64,000 nucleotides of DNA from a virus (IMGVR_UViG_3300042878_001023:1-64000), one strand, 5' to 3'; positions 1-9,804 are shown, numbered from the stretch's first letter. A program made the numbers and translations. Notes: a model not told the origin generated them from the letters alone.

Positions 1-35
1 ATACTTTATATTTATATTAAAATTTAGTTTCTAAT

Positions 36-1034
36 ATGAAAACAGGTATTTATAAAATTTTAAACAAAGTTACAGGTAAATTTTATGTTGGTTATGCTAC
101 TGATATACAAAATAGATGGTATGGTCATAAATCAAAACTTAGAAGAAATTTACATCCAAATAAGTATTTACAATATGCTTGGAATAAATATGAAGAAAAC
201 AGTTTTGAATTTATTATTGTTGAAGAATGTTCAAGAGATAAGCTATGTGAAAGAGAATATTTTCATATAACATTATATAAATCTACTGATAGAACTATTG
301 GTTATAATATTGAACCTGGTGATCCGCAACATCCTATAAGAAAACCTTCAAAAAAAGAAATACAAAATTTTGTTAATATAAACAGTAAAATTGTTAAATG
401 TCCAACTTGCGGTAAAGAAGTAAATTATCCTAATTTTTGTAAATATCATGGTAATAACTGTGGAAAAAAAGTTAAACATACAGAAGAAACTAAACTTAAA
501 ATTTCAGAAAAAGGTAAAGGTAGAGTAGTATCTAAAGAAAGTAGAGAAAAAGCTAGATTATCCATGTTAGGTAGAAAGTATTCTTTAGAACATATTCAAA
601 AGATGAAAGCTAATAAAATCAAGTTTAAACATACTGAGTTTACTAAAGAAAAAATGAGAAATAATCCTAATAGAAATATTAAAGTTTATCAGTATAACTT
701 AGAAGGTTTGTTAGTTGGAGAGTATAAAAGCATTATTGAAGCAAGTAAAATAACAGGTGTTGCAGTATCAACAATTACTAAACATTGTAAAGAAGATATA
801 AACTTTAACAGTGGTTTACAACACAGATGGTCTTATTCTAAATACTTAAATTATGAACTTGCTCTTCCTTTTAGAGTTAAAATGCTTGATAAAATTACAG
901 AAGAAGAACTTAGAAAATTTAAAACTGTAAAGGAAGCTGCTGATTATCTAAAAGTTTCTCCTGGTTCAATTTATAAATGTTTAACTAATGAGAATCAATC
1001 AACCGCAGTGGGATATAAATGGATGTATATATAA
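36..1034 (+). CDS. GIY-YIG homing endonuclease with NUMOD3/NUMOD1-type DNA-binding repeats
   Basis: N-terminal TGIYKI...FYVG...RW..H motif. HTEETKLKIS-type NUMOD3 repeats. Two C-terminal HTH/NUMOD1-like units (EYKSIIEASKITGV, KFKTVKEAADYLKV). Internal CPTC...HGNNC segment. Confidence 0.9.
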   Translation: MKTGIYKILNKVTGKFYVGYATDIQNRWYGHKSKLRRNLHPNKYLQYAWNKYEENSFEFIIVEECSRDKLCEREYFHITLYKSTDRTIGYNIEPGDPQHPIRKPSKKEIQNFVNINSKIVKCPTCGKEVNYPNFCKYHGNNCGKKVKHTEETKLKISEKGKGRVVSKESREKARLSMLGRKYSLEHIQKMKANKIKFKHTEFTKEKMRNNPNRNIKVYQYNLEGLLVGEYKSIIEASKITGVAVSTITKHCKEDINFNSGLQHRWSYSKYLNYELALPFRVKMLDKITEEELRKFKTVKEAADYLKVSPGSIYKCLTNENQSTAVGYKWMYI

Positions 1035-1081
1035 GTAGAAAGTACAATAAGTACTTGGAAATTCTATAAAGTAAAATAGTT

Positions 1082-1174
1082 ATGAAAACACTTAAACGCA
1101 TTTATAGGTATTTAGCTTTTATTGAAAAGCATGTTAAAAAATGTAGAGAAAATTCTCTATTTGGTAAAATGTAA
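1082..1174 (+). CDS. small basic hypothetical protein (30 aa, MKTLKRIYRYLAFIEKHVKKCRENSLFGKM)
   Basis: Translated by hand. It fills the gap between neighbouring genes and has an AT-rich leader. Confidence 0.4.
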   Translation: MKTLKRIYRYLAFIEKHVKKCRENSLFGKM

Positions 1175-1185
1175 AAAAAAGACTG

Positions 1186-1590
1186 ATGGAAAAAGTAAAA
1201 TTTGGAAAAGAAGAATGTAAGAATCTGATTACAATGATTAATTCTCCTGATGAAAGTAATTCAAATTTAGCACATACAATTATTGATTCTTTAGACATTA
1301 ATGATAACCTATTCTGGATTTTTATGGTTTTTATCTTTTCTGGTAAAGATGAAACCTATTGGGAAAAAAATAAATTTTATGATGCTTTGAATCTAGAATT
1401 AGGATTTAATTTTTCTCTTTGCTTTAAGGATAAACAAAAAGTACTCAATGTTATAGAATACTTCATAGTATGTCCTGACCACACTGAGTGTATAACTTTT
1501 TATTTTGAAATGTATATAGAAGTTGTAAAAACTAAACTTGAAAAATTTGGTTTTGAATTTGAAGGAAATCTAAAAATAGTAAAAAAGTAA
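1186..1590 (+). CDS. hypothetical protein
   Basis: 134-aa ORF in operon context. Confidence 0.75.
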   Translation: MEKVKFGKEECKNLITMINSPDESNSNLAHTIIDSLDINDNLFWIFMVFIFSGKDETYWEKNKFYDALNLELGFNFSLCFKDKQKVLNVIEYFIVCPDHTECITFYFEMYIEVVKTKLEKFGFEFEGNLKIVKK

Positions 1591-1596
1591 GAGTTT

Positions 1597-2904
1597 ATGA
1601 ATAAAGTAGATTTACTAAGCAAGGCCAGTAAGGACATAATGCTTAAAGAGCCCTATTATGGGTATTTTCTAATCCAGCTGAATAAGCATTGGAGAAATGA
1701 CATTCCTACAGCAGGAGTTAGTAAGAATGGAATAAACTACCAGTTAGCAATTAATGAGACTTTCTGGTGTGAATTGACTGATTTAAATAGATTAGGTTTG
1801 TTAAAACATGAGCTATTACACATTGCATTTGGACACTTAACAGCTTATCATGCTTTTGCTGATAGGAGAATGGCCAACATTGCAATGGATATGGAAATTA
1901 ACCAGTATATAGAAGATGACTGGTTACCGGGTGGAGAATATACTACAGAAGAATTTACACTGCTGAAAGATACTGTAATGACTGAGTATAAAAAAGCAAA
2001 AGATAATAATGCTACACCAGAGGAACTAAAAGAAATTGAATCTAAGATACCTTGCAGAGGTATAATGATTGATGATTATCATGAGTTAAATCTTGATAGA
2101 AAAGCAGGTACTAAGTACTACTATAAGAAGCTGAAGGAAGCACAAGAAAAGAAGGAACAAACCGGTACATCAGGTTCAGAAGCTATGGATCAATTACTTG
2201 ACCAAATGGAACAAGGAATGAGTCCAGGTGATGATCATGGTACATGGGAAGAGTTTGACGGCATAAGTGAAACAGAACAAAAACTTATGGAAGGTCAAAT
2301 TCAAAGAATTCTTACTGAAGCTAAAGACCAGACTGAAAAGAAAAGAGGTAATATTCCTGGTGAAATATCCGGACTTATTAAAATAGAACAAATTGTAAAA
2401 CCAAAATTTGATTGGAGAGGTTATGTAAGAAGATTTACTGGTACAAGTACAAAAGTATTTACCAAGAAACTTCAGAGAAAGGAAAATAGAAGATTTCCGG
2501 CTTTTCCAGGTCTAAAAATTAAAATGCGTCAGCACATCTTGTTAGCTATTGATACTTCAGGTTCAGTAAGTGATTCAGAGCTAAAAGAGTTTATGAATGA
2601 GATTCATCACATTTATAAAACAGGTGTTGATATTACTATTATCCAATGTGATACAAAAATCAACAGTATTGAGCCCTATAAAGGCAAGAATGATTTGAAT
2701 GTTGTTGGTAGAGGTGGGACTGAATTTGATCCCGTCCTAGAGTATTATGATGCAAACATCAGAAAGTTTACAAGTTTAATATACTTTACTGATGGTGAGT
2801 GTTATACAAGTATAAAGCCAAAAGGCAAAATATTGTGGGTATTATCTGAAAGATCAGATATGAATGATAGATTACCAGGCAAAATTATTAAGTTAGAGTT
2901 ATAA
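1597..2904 (+). CDS. DUF2201-like metallopeptidase / vWA-domain protein
   Basis: HELLH (HExxH) plus NIAMDMEINQY in the N-terminal part. C-terminal vWA MIDAS elements DTSGS, GRGGTEF and FTDG. Confidence 0.88.
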   Translation: MNKVDLLSKASKDIMLKEPYYGYFLIQLNKHWRNDIPTAGVSKNGINYQLAINETFWCELTDLNRLGLLKHELLHIAFGHLTAYHAFADRRMANIAMDMEINQYIEDDWLPGGEYTTEEFTLLKDTVMTEYKKAKDNNATPEELKEIESKIPCRGIMIDDYHELNLDRKAGTKYYYKKLKEAQEKKEQTGTSGSEAMDQLLDQMEQGMSPGDDHGTWEEFDGISETEQKLMEGQIQRILTEAKDQTEKKRGNIPGEISGLIKIEQIVKPKFDWRGYVRRFTGTSTKVFTKKLQRKENRRFPAFPGLKIKMRQHILLAIDTSGSVSDSELKEFMNEIHHIYKTGVDITIIQCDTKINSIEPYKGKNDLNVVGRGGTEFDPVLEYYDANIRKFTSLIYFTDGECYTSIKPKGKILWVLSERSDMNDRLPGKIIKLEL

Positions 2905-2925
2905 AAAAAATTAAAAAAGAAAGTT

Positions 2926-4095
2926 ATGAGTCAAGTTCAATTAAATTTAGATGAGTTAAAAGATTTTGTAAAGTATATGGTTACTAATAACCAACATATA
3001 CAAGCTAATGGTAAAGTTCCTGTAGCAGTGAATATAGAGGGTGATGCTGGTTTGGGTAAAACTTCATCAGTAAAACAATTAGCTTCAGAGCTTAACATGG
3101 ATATGATCAGACTAAACTTAGCAGAGTTTGAGGAATTAGGTGACCTAGTAGGTTTTCCTGTAAAAGAATTTGAGATTTCAAATGCAGAAGGTAAGACTAC
3201 CTGGATTAATGAGCATCAGATTGATGCAGCAATGAAGAAAGGTTACAAAGTAATCAATAAGAGAATGGCTCATGCTGCTCCTGAATGGATTCAAGGTAGA
3301 GGTGAAGGTGGATTCTTAATCTTAGATGACTATACCAGAGCTGACCACAGATTTATGCAAGCTACTATGACTCTTATTGATGAGCAAGCTTATGCTTCTT
3401 GGAAATTACCAAAGAACTGGCATATCTTATTGACAACTAATCCAGACAATGGTGATTATAATGTAACTTCTTTAGATGTTGCTCAGAAGACAAGATTTAT
3501 CTCTACAGAAGTAAAATTTGATGCTAACATCTGGGCTAAGTGGGCAGAGAAGTCTAATATTGACAGTAGATGTATTAACTTTTTATTGATGAATCCAGAA
3601 TTAGTTTCTCAAAGAATTAATCCAAGGATGATTACTACTTTCTTTAACTCTATCAGTTCTATTCAAGATTTTTCTAAGAGCTTACCAATTATTCAAATGA
3701 TTGGTGAAGGTTCTGTAGGTCCTGACTTTGCATCTATGTTTACTATGTTTATTAATAACAAACTAGATAAGATTATTGGTCCTAAAGATATCTTTGAGAA
3801 AGATGAGCAATATGTGTTAAATACACTTAAATCTGCTATAGGAGAAGGTGATGACTTCCGAGCTGATTTATCTAGTGTAGTTGCAACAAGAGTTGTTAAC
3901 TATGGTTTAACATTTGCTGAGAAAAATACCATTACTCAACCAATGATTCAAAGAATTATAAAACTTACTACTGAATGTGATTCTTTCACTGATGACTTGA
4001 GATACTATGTCATCAAAGAGTTAATCAATGGTAACAAGGTTAAATTTGCTTCATTGATGATGAATGCTAATGTAGTAAAGATGTCTGTAAAATAA
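2926..4095 (+). CDS. MoxR-like AAA+ ATPase
   Basis: Walker A GDAGLGKT, Walker B LILDD, sensor TTNP and LDVAQKTRF. Adjacent to a vWA gene. Confidence 0.88.
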   Translation: MSQVQLNLDELKDFVKYMVTNNQHIQANGKVPVAVNIEGDAGLGKTSSVKQLASELNMDMIRLNLAEFEELGDLVGFPVKEFEISNAEGKTTWINEHQIDAAMKKGYKVINKRMAHAAPEWIQGRGEGGFLILDDYTRADHRFMQATMTLIDEQAYASWKLPKNWHILLTTNPDNGDYNVTSLDVAQKTRFISTEVKFDANIWAKWAEKSNIDSRCINFLLMNPELVSQRINPRMITTFFNSISSIQDFSKSLPIIQMIGEGSVGPDFASMFTMFINNKLDKIIGPKDIFEKDEQYVLNTLKSAIGEGDDFRADLSSVVATRVVNYGLTFAEKNTITQPMIQRIIKLTTECDSFTDDLRYYVIKELINGNKVKFASLMMNANVVKMSVK

Positions 4096-4145
4096 ACAGG
4101 ACTATTCAGTTCCCTGTGAACAAAAAGTAATTAATTATTAATCTT

Positions 4146-4176
4146 GATAGGGGTGGATTACATCCCTATCTTTTTA
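4146..4176 (+). terminator. Rho-independent terminator
   Basis: Stem GATAGGGGTG/CATCCCTATC followed by a T-run. A second hairpin lies at 4096-4117. Confidence 0.75.
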
Positions 4177-4186
4177 TGTTTAAAAA

Positions 4187-5530
4187 ATGAAACAAAAAAT
4201 TTATATAGAAGCTAAAAATGATGGTACACTTAATGTTACTTTAAAACACTTAATTAAATATGATGAACCATTATTTAATATTCAAGATTTAGATTTTCAA
4301 CCAAAAAAAGGTGATAAACTATGCCTTTTACCAGCAGTTAACATTCCTAGAGTAAAAGTAAAACAGTTTAATGAAGAAAATGGTACTAAAACTGTTAGAG
4401 ATGCTAAAATAGCTGATTATATATTTGGTTCTAGTAAAACACAATATGAATATGTTAATTCAACCGGAGGTAGTTGGTACTCTAAAATGCCAGTAACAGA
4501 TATAGAAAAGTTACTTCCATTTTTTTCAAGTCACTTAAATATTGACCCAACTGACATATCAGATTTCCAAGATGTACTTGAAGCACATAAATTAGTTAAT
4601 GAAAACTTGGAAATTTATTATTCTTACCCAACTACAAGAACTTTTAAAGATATCATTGAAAAATATAAAATTGATGTTTGTGATTCTTATGATGATTCAA
4701 ACACACATTATGTTTTAGATGCTGAGTTTATCAATGAAGTTGAAGAACTACAAAATTTAACAATTTATAATGTTAATGCTTTAATAAATGCAGTTAATGC
4801 TAAGAATGTAACCATTGACTATGAAATGTTTGGTCAGTTAACAAACATGTTTAAGAGTAATGACAGAGATAATCATGTCTTAGCAATGGAAATCATGGCT
4901 AACTCAAATATTACTGATAGTTTACTTTTTATTGAAATGTTGTTTAAAGACCATGCTGGTAGTATTTATGATTGTCATACAAGAAACCATGTAAATTTTA
5001 AAAGTTTATGTTCTACAATTGGAAAAGATAAATATAGATTCAATACAACTATTGATGATATTGTTAAATCTTTAAATACTTTTAATGTCCTTACTGCAGA
5101 TAAGTTAGATATATTAATGAATCATTATAGTAAAGAGATTCAAAGTAATGGTGATACACAGTTTTTTGCAGTAAAAAATATCACTGTATCAGATGACATA
5201 CACAAGATATTAAATCAAAATTATGTGTTTGTATTAAAAGATAACTATGAACCGGTTGCTCAAGAAGAGGAAGAAGTTTTAGAAGAAGAAGTTTTAGAAG
5301 AAGAACTTGTTGAAGCTGTAAACACTGAAAGTTTAAACATAGAAAGTGTAGAAGAAGAACCTTCTTTTGAATTATCAGATGTAAATGTAATTGAAGAACC
5401 CGTTATTGAAACAGAAGAAGTATTAGAAGAGGAAGTTCTTGAAGAAATTCAAGATACTATTGAGACTATTGAAAAAGAAATTGTTGAACCTAATAAAGAA
5501 GAAGATGAGTCAAGCATTGATTGGTTCTAA
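4187..5530 (+). CDS. hypothetical protein with long acidic C-terminal tail
   Basis: 447-aa ORF. EEVLEEEVLEEE repeats; ends in SIDWF. Confidence 0.8.
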   Translation: MKQKIYIEAKNDGTLNVTLKHLIKYDEPLFNIQDLDFQPKKGDKLCLLPAVNIPRVKVKQFNEENGTKTVRDAKIADYIFGSSKTQYEYVNSTGGSWYSKMPVTDIEKLLPFFSSHLNIDPTDISDFQDVLEAHKLVNENLEIYYSYPTTRTFKDIIEKYKIDVCDSYDDSNTHYVLDAEFINEVEELQNLTIYNVNALINAVNAKNVTIDYEMFGQLTNMFKSNDRDNHVLAMEIMANSNITDSLLFIEMLFKDHAGSIYDCHTRNHVNFKSLCSTIGKDKYRFNTTIDDIVKSLNTFNVLTADKLDILMNHYSKEIQSNGDTQFFAVKNITVSDDIHKILNQNYVFVLKDNYEPVAQEEEEVLEEEVLEEELVEAVNTESLNIESVEEEPSFELSDVNVIEEPVIETEEVLEEEVLEEIQDTIETIEKEIVEPNKEEDESSIDWF

Positions 5531-6524
5531 TGAAGAGTTAGAGCAGTTCTATAAGAAGAAGTTTTACTTCAGTTATAGTGGAATTAACAAGTTGTTATAT
5601 TCTCCGGTGATATTTTATAACCATTATGTTCTTAATCAAAGAGAGGACTCTACAGACGCGCACCTAGTTGCAGGGCGCGTTCTGCATTGTCTACTATTTG
5701 AAGAAGAGAAGTTTGATGAAAACTTTTTAGAACTACCTGGCAAAATGCCAACAGATAGTCAAAGAAAAATTATTTATGATGTGTTCAAAATACATTTGTC
5801 AATAAGTAATAATTCACTATCTTTGGAAGACTACTCCCAAGACATTCTCACATTACTTCTCACAGCTAATCTCTACCAAACTCTCAAAACAGATCAGCAA
5901 AGACTTGACAAGATTCTTACAGAAGAAAACAAGACTTATTTTGAATTCTTGAAAAACAGCATTGGTAAAACTGTTGTGGATCAAGAAACTCTGAGTGGCT
6001 GCAGAGTTCAGATTAAAATTCTAAGAAGCAATAAAGATGTCAGAGCTTTATTACAATTAGATAAAAAACCTGAAGATGATCATCTTGTTGTAGAAAGTGA
6101 GTTGCATTTAGCGTATGACAACCCTAAATTAAGCTTTGGTCTTCATGGAGTTCTTGATCATGTAGTTGTAGATTCTGAATCTAAGACTATATTCATCAAT
6201 GATCTCAAGACAACATCAAAAGCAATTCAAGATTTTCCAGAGACCGTAGAATACTATAAATATTGGATGCAAGCCGTTATTTATACTATTCTTGCAAACA
6301 ACAGATACCTTGCTGACAAAGAGGATAAGTTTGATTGGAAGTTTCAAGTAACATTTATTGTTATTGACAAGTATAATCTAGTGTATCCATTTCAAGTTAG
6401 TCAGGAAACCTTAGAGAAATGGAAGGAGTCTTTTAATGAAATAGTAAAAACTGTTAAGTGGCACTATGAAAATAGAAGATATGACCTACCATACTCATTA
6501 GTTGTAAATAATGTAAAATTGTAG
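5505..6524 (+). CDS. PD-(D/E)XK (RecB/Cas4-like) exonuclease
   Basis: FSYSGINKL, GRVLHCLL, GVLDHVVVD...INDLKTT and YWMQAVIY. The start is placed at ATG 5505 rather than 5439 to limit overlap with the upstream gene. Confidence 0.85.
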   Translation: MSQALIGSNEELEQFYKKKFYFSYSGINKLLYSPVIFYNHYVLNQREDSTDAHLVAGRVLHCLLFEEEKFDENFLELPGKMPTDSQRKIIYDVFKIHLSISNNSLSLEDYSQDILTLLLTANLYQTLKTDQQRLDKILTEENKTYFEFLKNSIGKTVVDQETLSGCRVQIKILRSNKDVRALLQLDKKPEDDHLVVESELHLAYDNPKLSFGLHGVLDHVVVDSESKTIFINDLKTTSKAIQDFPETVEYYKYWMQAVIYTILANNRYLADKEDKFDWKFQVTFIVIDKYNLVYPFQVSQETLEKWKESFNEIVKTVKWHYENRRYDLPYSLVVNNVKL

Positions 6525-6529
6525 GAATT

Positions 6530-7171
6530 ATGGCTTTAAATTCAGTGTATAGGAAGTATTTCCAAAAATCTCAGGTGTTTGTATATCCGCTCCTGGGTAT
6601 TAAAAGAGGCGCAGCATATGTCCCTAAAGCAACTTATGTAGCTTGGGAAGAAAATTGCACGTCCTCTGAGGATATGAAACTAATATGTGTGTATGACAAT
6701 GATGGTTCAAATACTTTTGAAGTATTTGTAAAATCTGTTTTACTTAAACATGCTAGATTATTTGGGTATGTGAAAGCTGACTCAAAAACTAGTGTGTTCA
6801 CATTTGAGTTTTCTGATTTAAGTGATGACTGGGTAAATTTTCTGATGGGAAGATATAGTAAAATAAATCTGAATTTAAAAGCTAAAATTTTAAACTTTTT
6901 TGATCCACAAAGTGGTAATTACCAATATATAAAAAGTTATTTGTATCCTGAAAAATACTATAATGAGTATGCAGATTTGTTAAATACTAATGTGGAACTA
7001 CTGAAATCTGTTGTTGAATTATGTACTAAACCTGATTTAGCTAAAGAAACTCTACAATTAGAGATAGCTAATTTAGGAAGTATGGAAGAATCTGCAGTAA
7101 ATTTGTTAATTAATAATTTAAATAATAACTATGAACAACTCAATGATGATTGTCCAAGCAACTTGGAATGA
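6530..7171 (+). CDS. hypothetical protein
   Basis: 213-aa ORF in operon context. Confidence 0.75.
   Translation: MALNSVYRKYFQKSQVFVYPLLGIKRGAAYVPKATYVAWEENCTSSEDMKLICVYDNDGSNTFEVFVKSVLLKHARLFGYVKADSKTSVFTFEFSDLSDDWVNFLMGRYSKINLNLKAKILNFFDPQSGNYQYIKSYLYPEKYYNEYADLLNTNVELLKSVVELCTKPDLAKETLQLEIANLGSMEESAVNLLINNLNNNYEQLNDDCPSNLE
7098..7105 (+). promoter_or_regulatory. candidate Bacteroidota sigma -7 element (TAnnTTTG)
   Basis: TAAATTTG about 25 nt upstream of the ATG at 7131. The -33 element is only weakly matched. Confidence 0.35.
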
Positions 7172-7502
7172 AACACAAACTTTTAGATTAATCCCAATTG
7201 CGACAGAGTGTCCATATGTGGAATGTATCTTTGATCCAGCTACAAAAGTATTTGTAATTATATCTAAGATCACTAAACAAAGTTTACACATGTTGCCTAA
7301 AATGGATGAAAATGGTGATCCAGTTGCATGTAAAGTAAAAAGACCTAATGGTAGAAACTTTAAAGAAGAGAGAAACAAAATTGAAGTTTTTCAAGAGTAT
7401 TATGTTGAAGATAGAATTGCTATTGAAGATTTAATTAATCTTTTTGCAATCAATGCTTCTACATTTGACTACAAAGCTTTTACGGAAGCAGAGACAAAGT
7501 AA
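7131..7502 (+). CDS. hypothetical protein
   Basis: 123-aa ORF with an AT-rich leader. Confidence 0.78.
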   Translation: MNNSMMIVQATWNETQTFRLIPIATECPYVECIFDPATKVFVIISKITKQSLHMLPKMDENGDPVACKVKRPNGRNFKEERNKIEVFQEYYVEDRIAIEDLINLFAINASTFDYKAFTEAETK

Positions 7503-7513
7503 TTAATTAAATT

Positions 7514-7603
7514 GCTTATTTGGTGTAAGGAGGAATGAATACTCTACATGGTTTTAACATGCTAACTTGTTAGTGGATAAGGGTTAGAATCCCTTAATAA
7601 GCA
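7514..7603 (+). ncRNA. non-canonical tRNA-like element (pseudo-tRNA or tRNA mimic)
   Basis: Acceptor stem GCTTATT/AATAAGC plus discriminator A. T-arm AAGGG-TTAGAAT-CCCTT. TGGTGTAA D-arm start. The central part is aberrant. Confidence 0.6.
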
Positions 7604-7644
7604 ATTTTAACTTAACGGGGAGACAGCTTAACTGAATAAATCCT

Positions 7645-9804
7645 ATGAAAACCAACTATGTAATGGACTATGAGACCTTAAAGAACTGCTTTTTAGCTGT
7701 ATATGAGGATGTTAAGTCTGATAATAAAAAAATATTTGTGTGTCATGAATCCAGAAATGATATCTTTGATTTAATAACATTTTTAGAACACAACATTGCC
7801 TATAATGAATGGCATATAAGCTTTAACGGCTTAGCTTTTGATGCTCAAATAACTCAGCATATTATTAAAAATAAGCAGATGTTACTTGCAAGCAATGGAG
7901 ACAAGATAGCAAGATTTCTTTATTACAAAGCACAAGATGTAATTTCAAGACAGAACAGAGGAGAATTTGCAGAGTTTAAACCTAAGCAAATTAAAATCAA
8001 TCAGATTGATTTGTTTAAACTAAATCACTGGGATAATCCAGCTAAAAGAAGTTCACTAAAGTGGATTCAGTATACAATGGATTGGGCTAACATAGTAGAT
8101 ATGCCAATTCACCACACTAAAGAAATTACTGCACAAGAAGTAGACACTGTTATTAGTTACTGTATTAATGATGTTAAGTCTACTAAAGCTATTTTGATGT
8201 TATCTAAGAGTCAGATTGATCTCCGGAAAAATCTAACTATGGAGTATAACATTGATTTATTCAGTGCTTCTGAGCCTAGAATTTCTAAAGAATTGTTCCT
8301 GCATTTCTTGAGTGAAAAAACTGGATACAAAAAATGGGACCTAAAAGAACTCAGAACTTATAGAAGCCTCATAAAATTTGAAGATATTATTCTTCCTTAC
8401 ACAAAGTTTGAGACCGCAACATTTCAAAATTTACTAAAGAAGTTTAAGGAGATTGAATTAGATCCGATGTATACCAAAGGAGGGTTTAAGTATTCTGTGC
8501 AATATAAGGGTGTGAAAACAGATTTTGGTCTGGGTGGTGTTCATGGAGCTAGAACAGCTGGTGTATATGAATCAGATGATGATATGGTAATCATGTCTTC
8601 AGATGTTGTCAGTTACTATCCAAACTTAGCTATTAGAAATAAATGGGCCCCATATCACCTTCCTAAAGCAGAATTCTGTGATCTGTATGAATGGTTCTTT
8701 AATGAAAGAAAGAAAATAAGCAAGAAGGATCCAAAGAACTATGTATATAAGATTATCCTTAACTCAACTTATGGTTTGAGTAATGATGAGAATAGTTTTC
8801 TATATGATCCTGAATTTACCATGAGGATTACAGTAAATGGTCAGCTAAGTCTAATGATGCTGTATGAGATGATTTGTGAAGAGATTCCAGATGTTACTCC
8901 ACTAATGCAGAATACAGATGGTCTAGAGACAATGATTCCTAGAAAGTATTATGATAAGTATATGGAAATATGTGAGAGATGGCAGAATATAACTAATCTG
9001 CAGCTGGAGCATGATACATATAGTAAAGTAATACTTGGTGATGTAAATAACTATATTGCTGTAACTGAAAGAAAGAAAATAGACAATGAAGTTTATGAGG
9101 AACTCAAGAAAAAGGTCCCTTATGATGTCTATGAAGAAATTAATGGAGAATATTTCTTTAAAGCAACTAAGTCCAAGGGCAGATTTGAGTTTAGTAATCT
9201 AGCATTACACAAAAACAAAAGCTTCTTGATTATTCCAAAGGCTATATTTATGTATTTTGTACATGGAATAAAACCTGAAGATTACTTTCTTACAGAAAAC
9301 AACATATTTGATTACTGTGGTGGTGTAAAAATCAAAGGGAATTGGGAATTTGTAGAACACCTTGTAGAATCAGTTATGAAACCTGAATATGCTGCCTATA
9401 CAATAGAACAACAAAGAGAATACTTGCTTCAAAATGGTTGGGAACAATCTTGGTCAGAGGATAACTGGGTAAGACCTGATCAAGCAAATAAAGATCATGG
9501 ATTACCAACAGACTATGTTTTTAGAAAAACAGCACCTAGAGAAGGTGGAGTATATGTTAAGAATAACCTTCAAGATACTTTGAGGTATTACATCTCTACT
9601 AAAGGTAGTAAGATTATAAAAAGTAACCGTGGAGATAACCGTGAGATCCAGATAGAAGCTGGACGCTGGTTGCAAACAGTTTATGTAAAACATGTAGAAA
9701 AGCCATTTGAAGAATATGGTATTGATCTGAGATATTACTCAGACAAAGTTTATAAAGAGATACATTCTCTTGAGCCAGTAGTAAACCAATTAAAATTATT
9801 TTGA
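7645..9804 (+). CDS. polB: family B DNA polymerase
   Basis: Exonuclease motifs DYET, FNGLAFD and YCINDV. Polymerase motifs SDVVSYYPN, KIILNSTYG and NTDG. Confidence 0.93.
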   Translation: MKTNYVMDYETLKNCFLAVYEDVKSDNKKIFVCHESRNDIFDLITFLEHNIAYNEWHISFNGLAFDAQITQHIIKNKQMLLASNGDKIARFLYYKAQDVISRQNRGEFAEFKPKQIKINQIDLFKLNHWDNPAKRSSLKWIQYTMDWANIVDMPIHHTKEITAQEVDTVISYCINDVKSTKAILMLSKSQIDLRKNLTMEYNIDLFSASEPRISKELFLHFLSEKTGYKKWDLKELRTYRSLIKFEDIILPYTKFETATFQNLLKKFKEIELDPMYTKGGFKYSVQYKGVKTDFGLGGVHGARTAGVYESDDDMVIMSSDVVSYYPNLAIRNKWAPYHLPKAEFCDLYEWFFNERKKISKKDPKNYVYKIILNSTYGLSNDENSFLYDPEFTMRITVNGQLSLMMLYEMICEEIPDVTPLMQNTDGLETMIPRKYYDKYMEICERWQNITNLQLEHDTYSKVILGDVNNYIAVTERKKIDNEVYEELKKKVPYDVYEEINGEYFFKATKSKGRFEFSNLALHKNKSFLIIPKAIFMYFVHGIKPEDYFLTENNIFDYCGGVKIKGNWEFVEHLVESVMKPEYAAYTIEQQREYLLQNGWEQSWSEDNWVRPDQANKDHGLPTDYVFRKTAPREGGVYVKNNLQDTLRYYISTKGSKIIKSNRGDNREIQIEAGRWLQTVYVKHVEKPFEEYGIDLRYYSDKVYKEIHSLEPVVNQLKLF

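Noticed and set aside
1035-1079. Short frame VESTISTWKFYKVK* after the endonuclease as the 3' exon of an intron-split gene
   Set aside because: There is no room for a group I intron 3' core between the endonuclease stop and this frame, and the upstream sequence is not visible.
5265-5450. GAAGAAGTTTTA-type tandem repeats
   Set aside because: They are explained by the acidic low-complexity tail (EEVL repeats).
5505-6524. Cas4 / CRISPR system
   Set aside because: The nuclease lacks the Fe-S cysteine set. No repeat-spacer array or other cas genes were seen.
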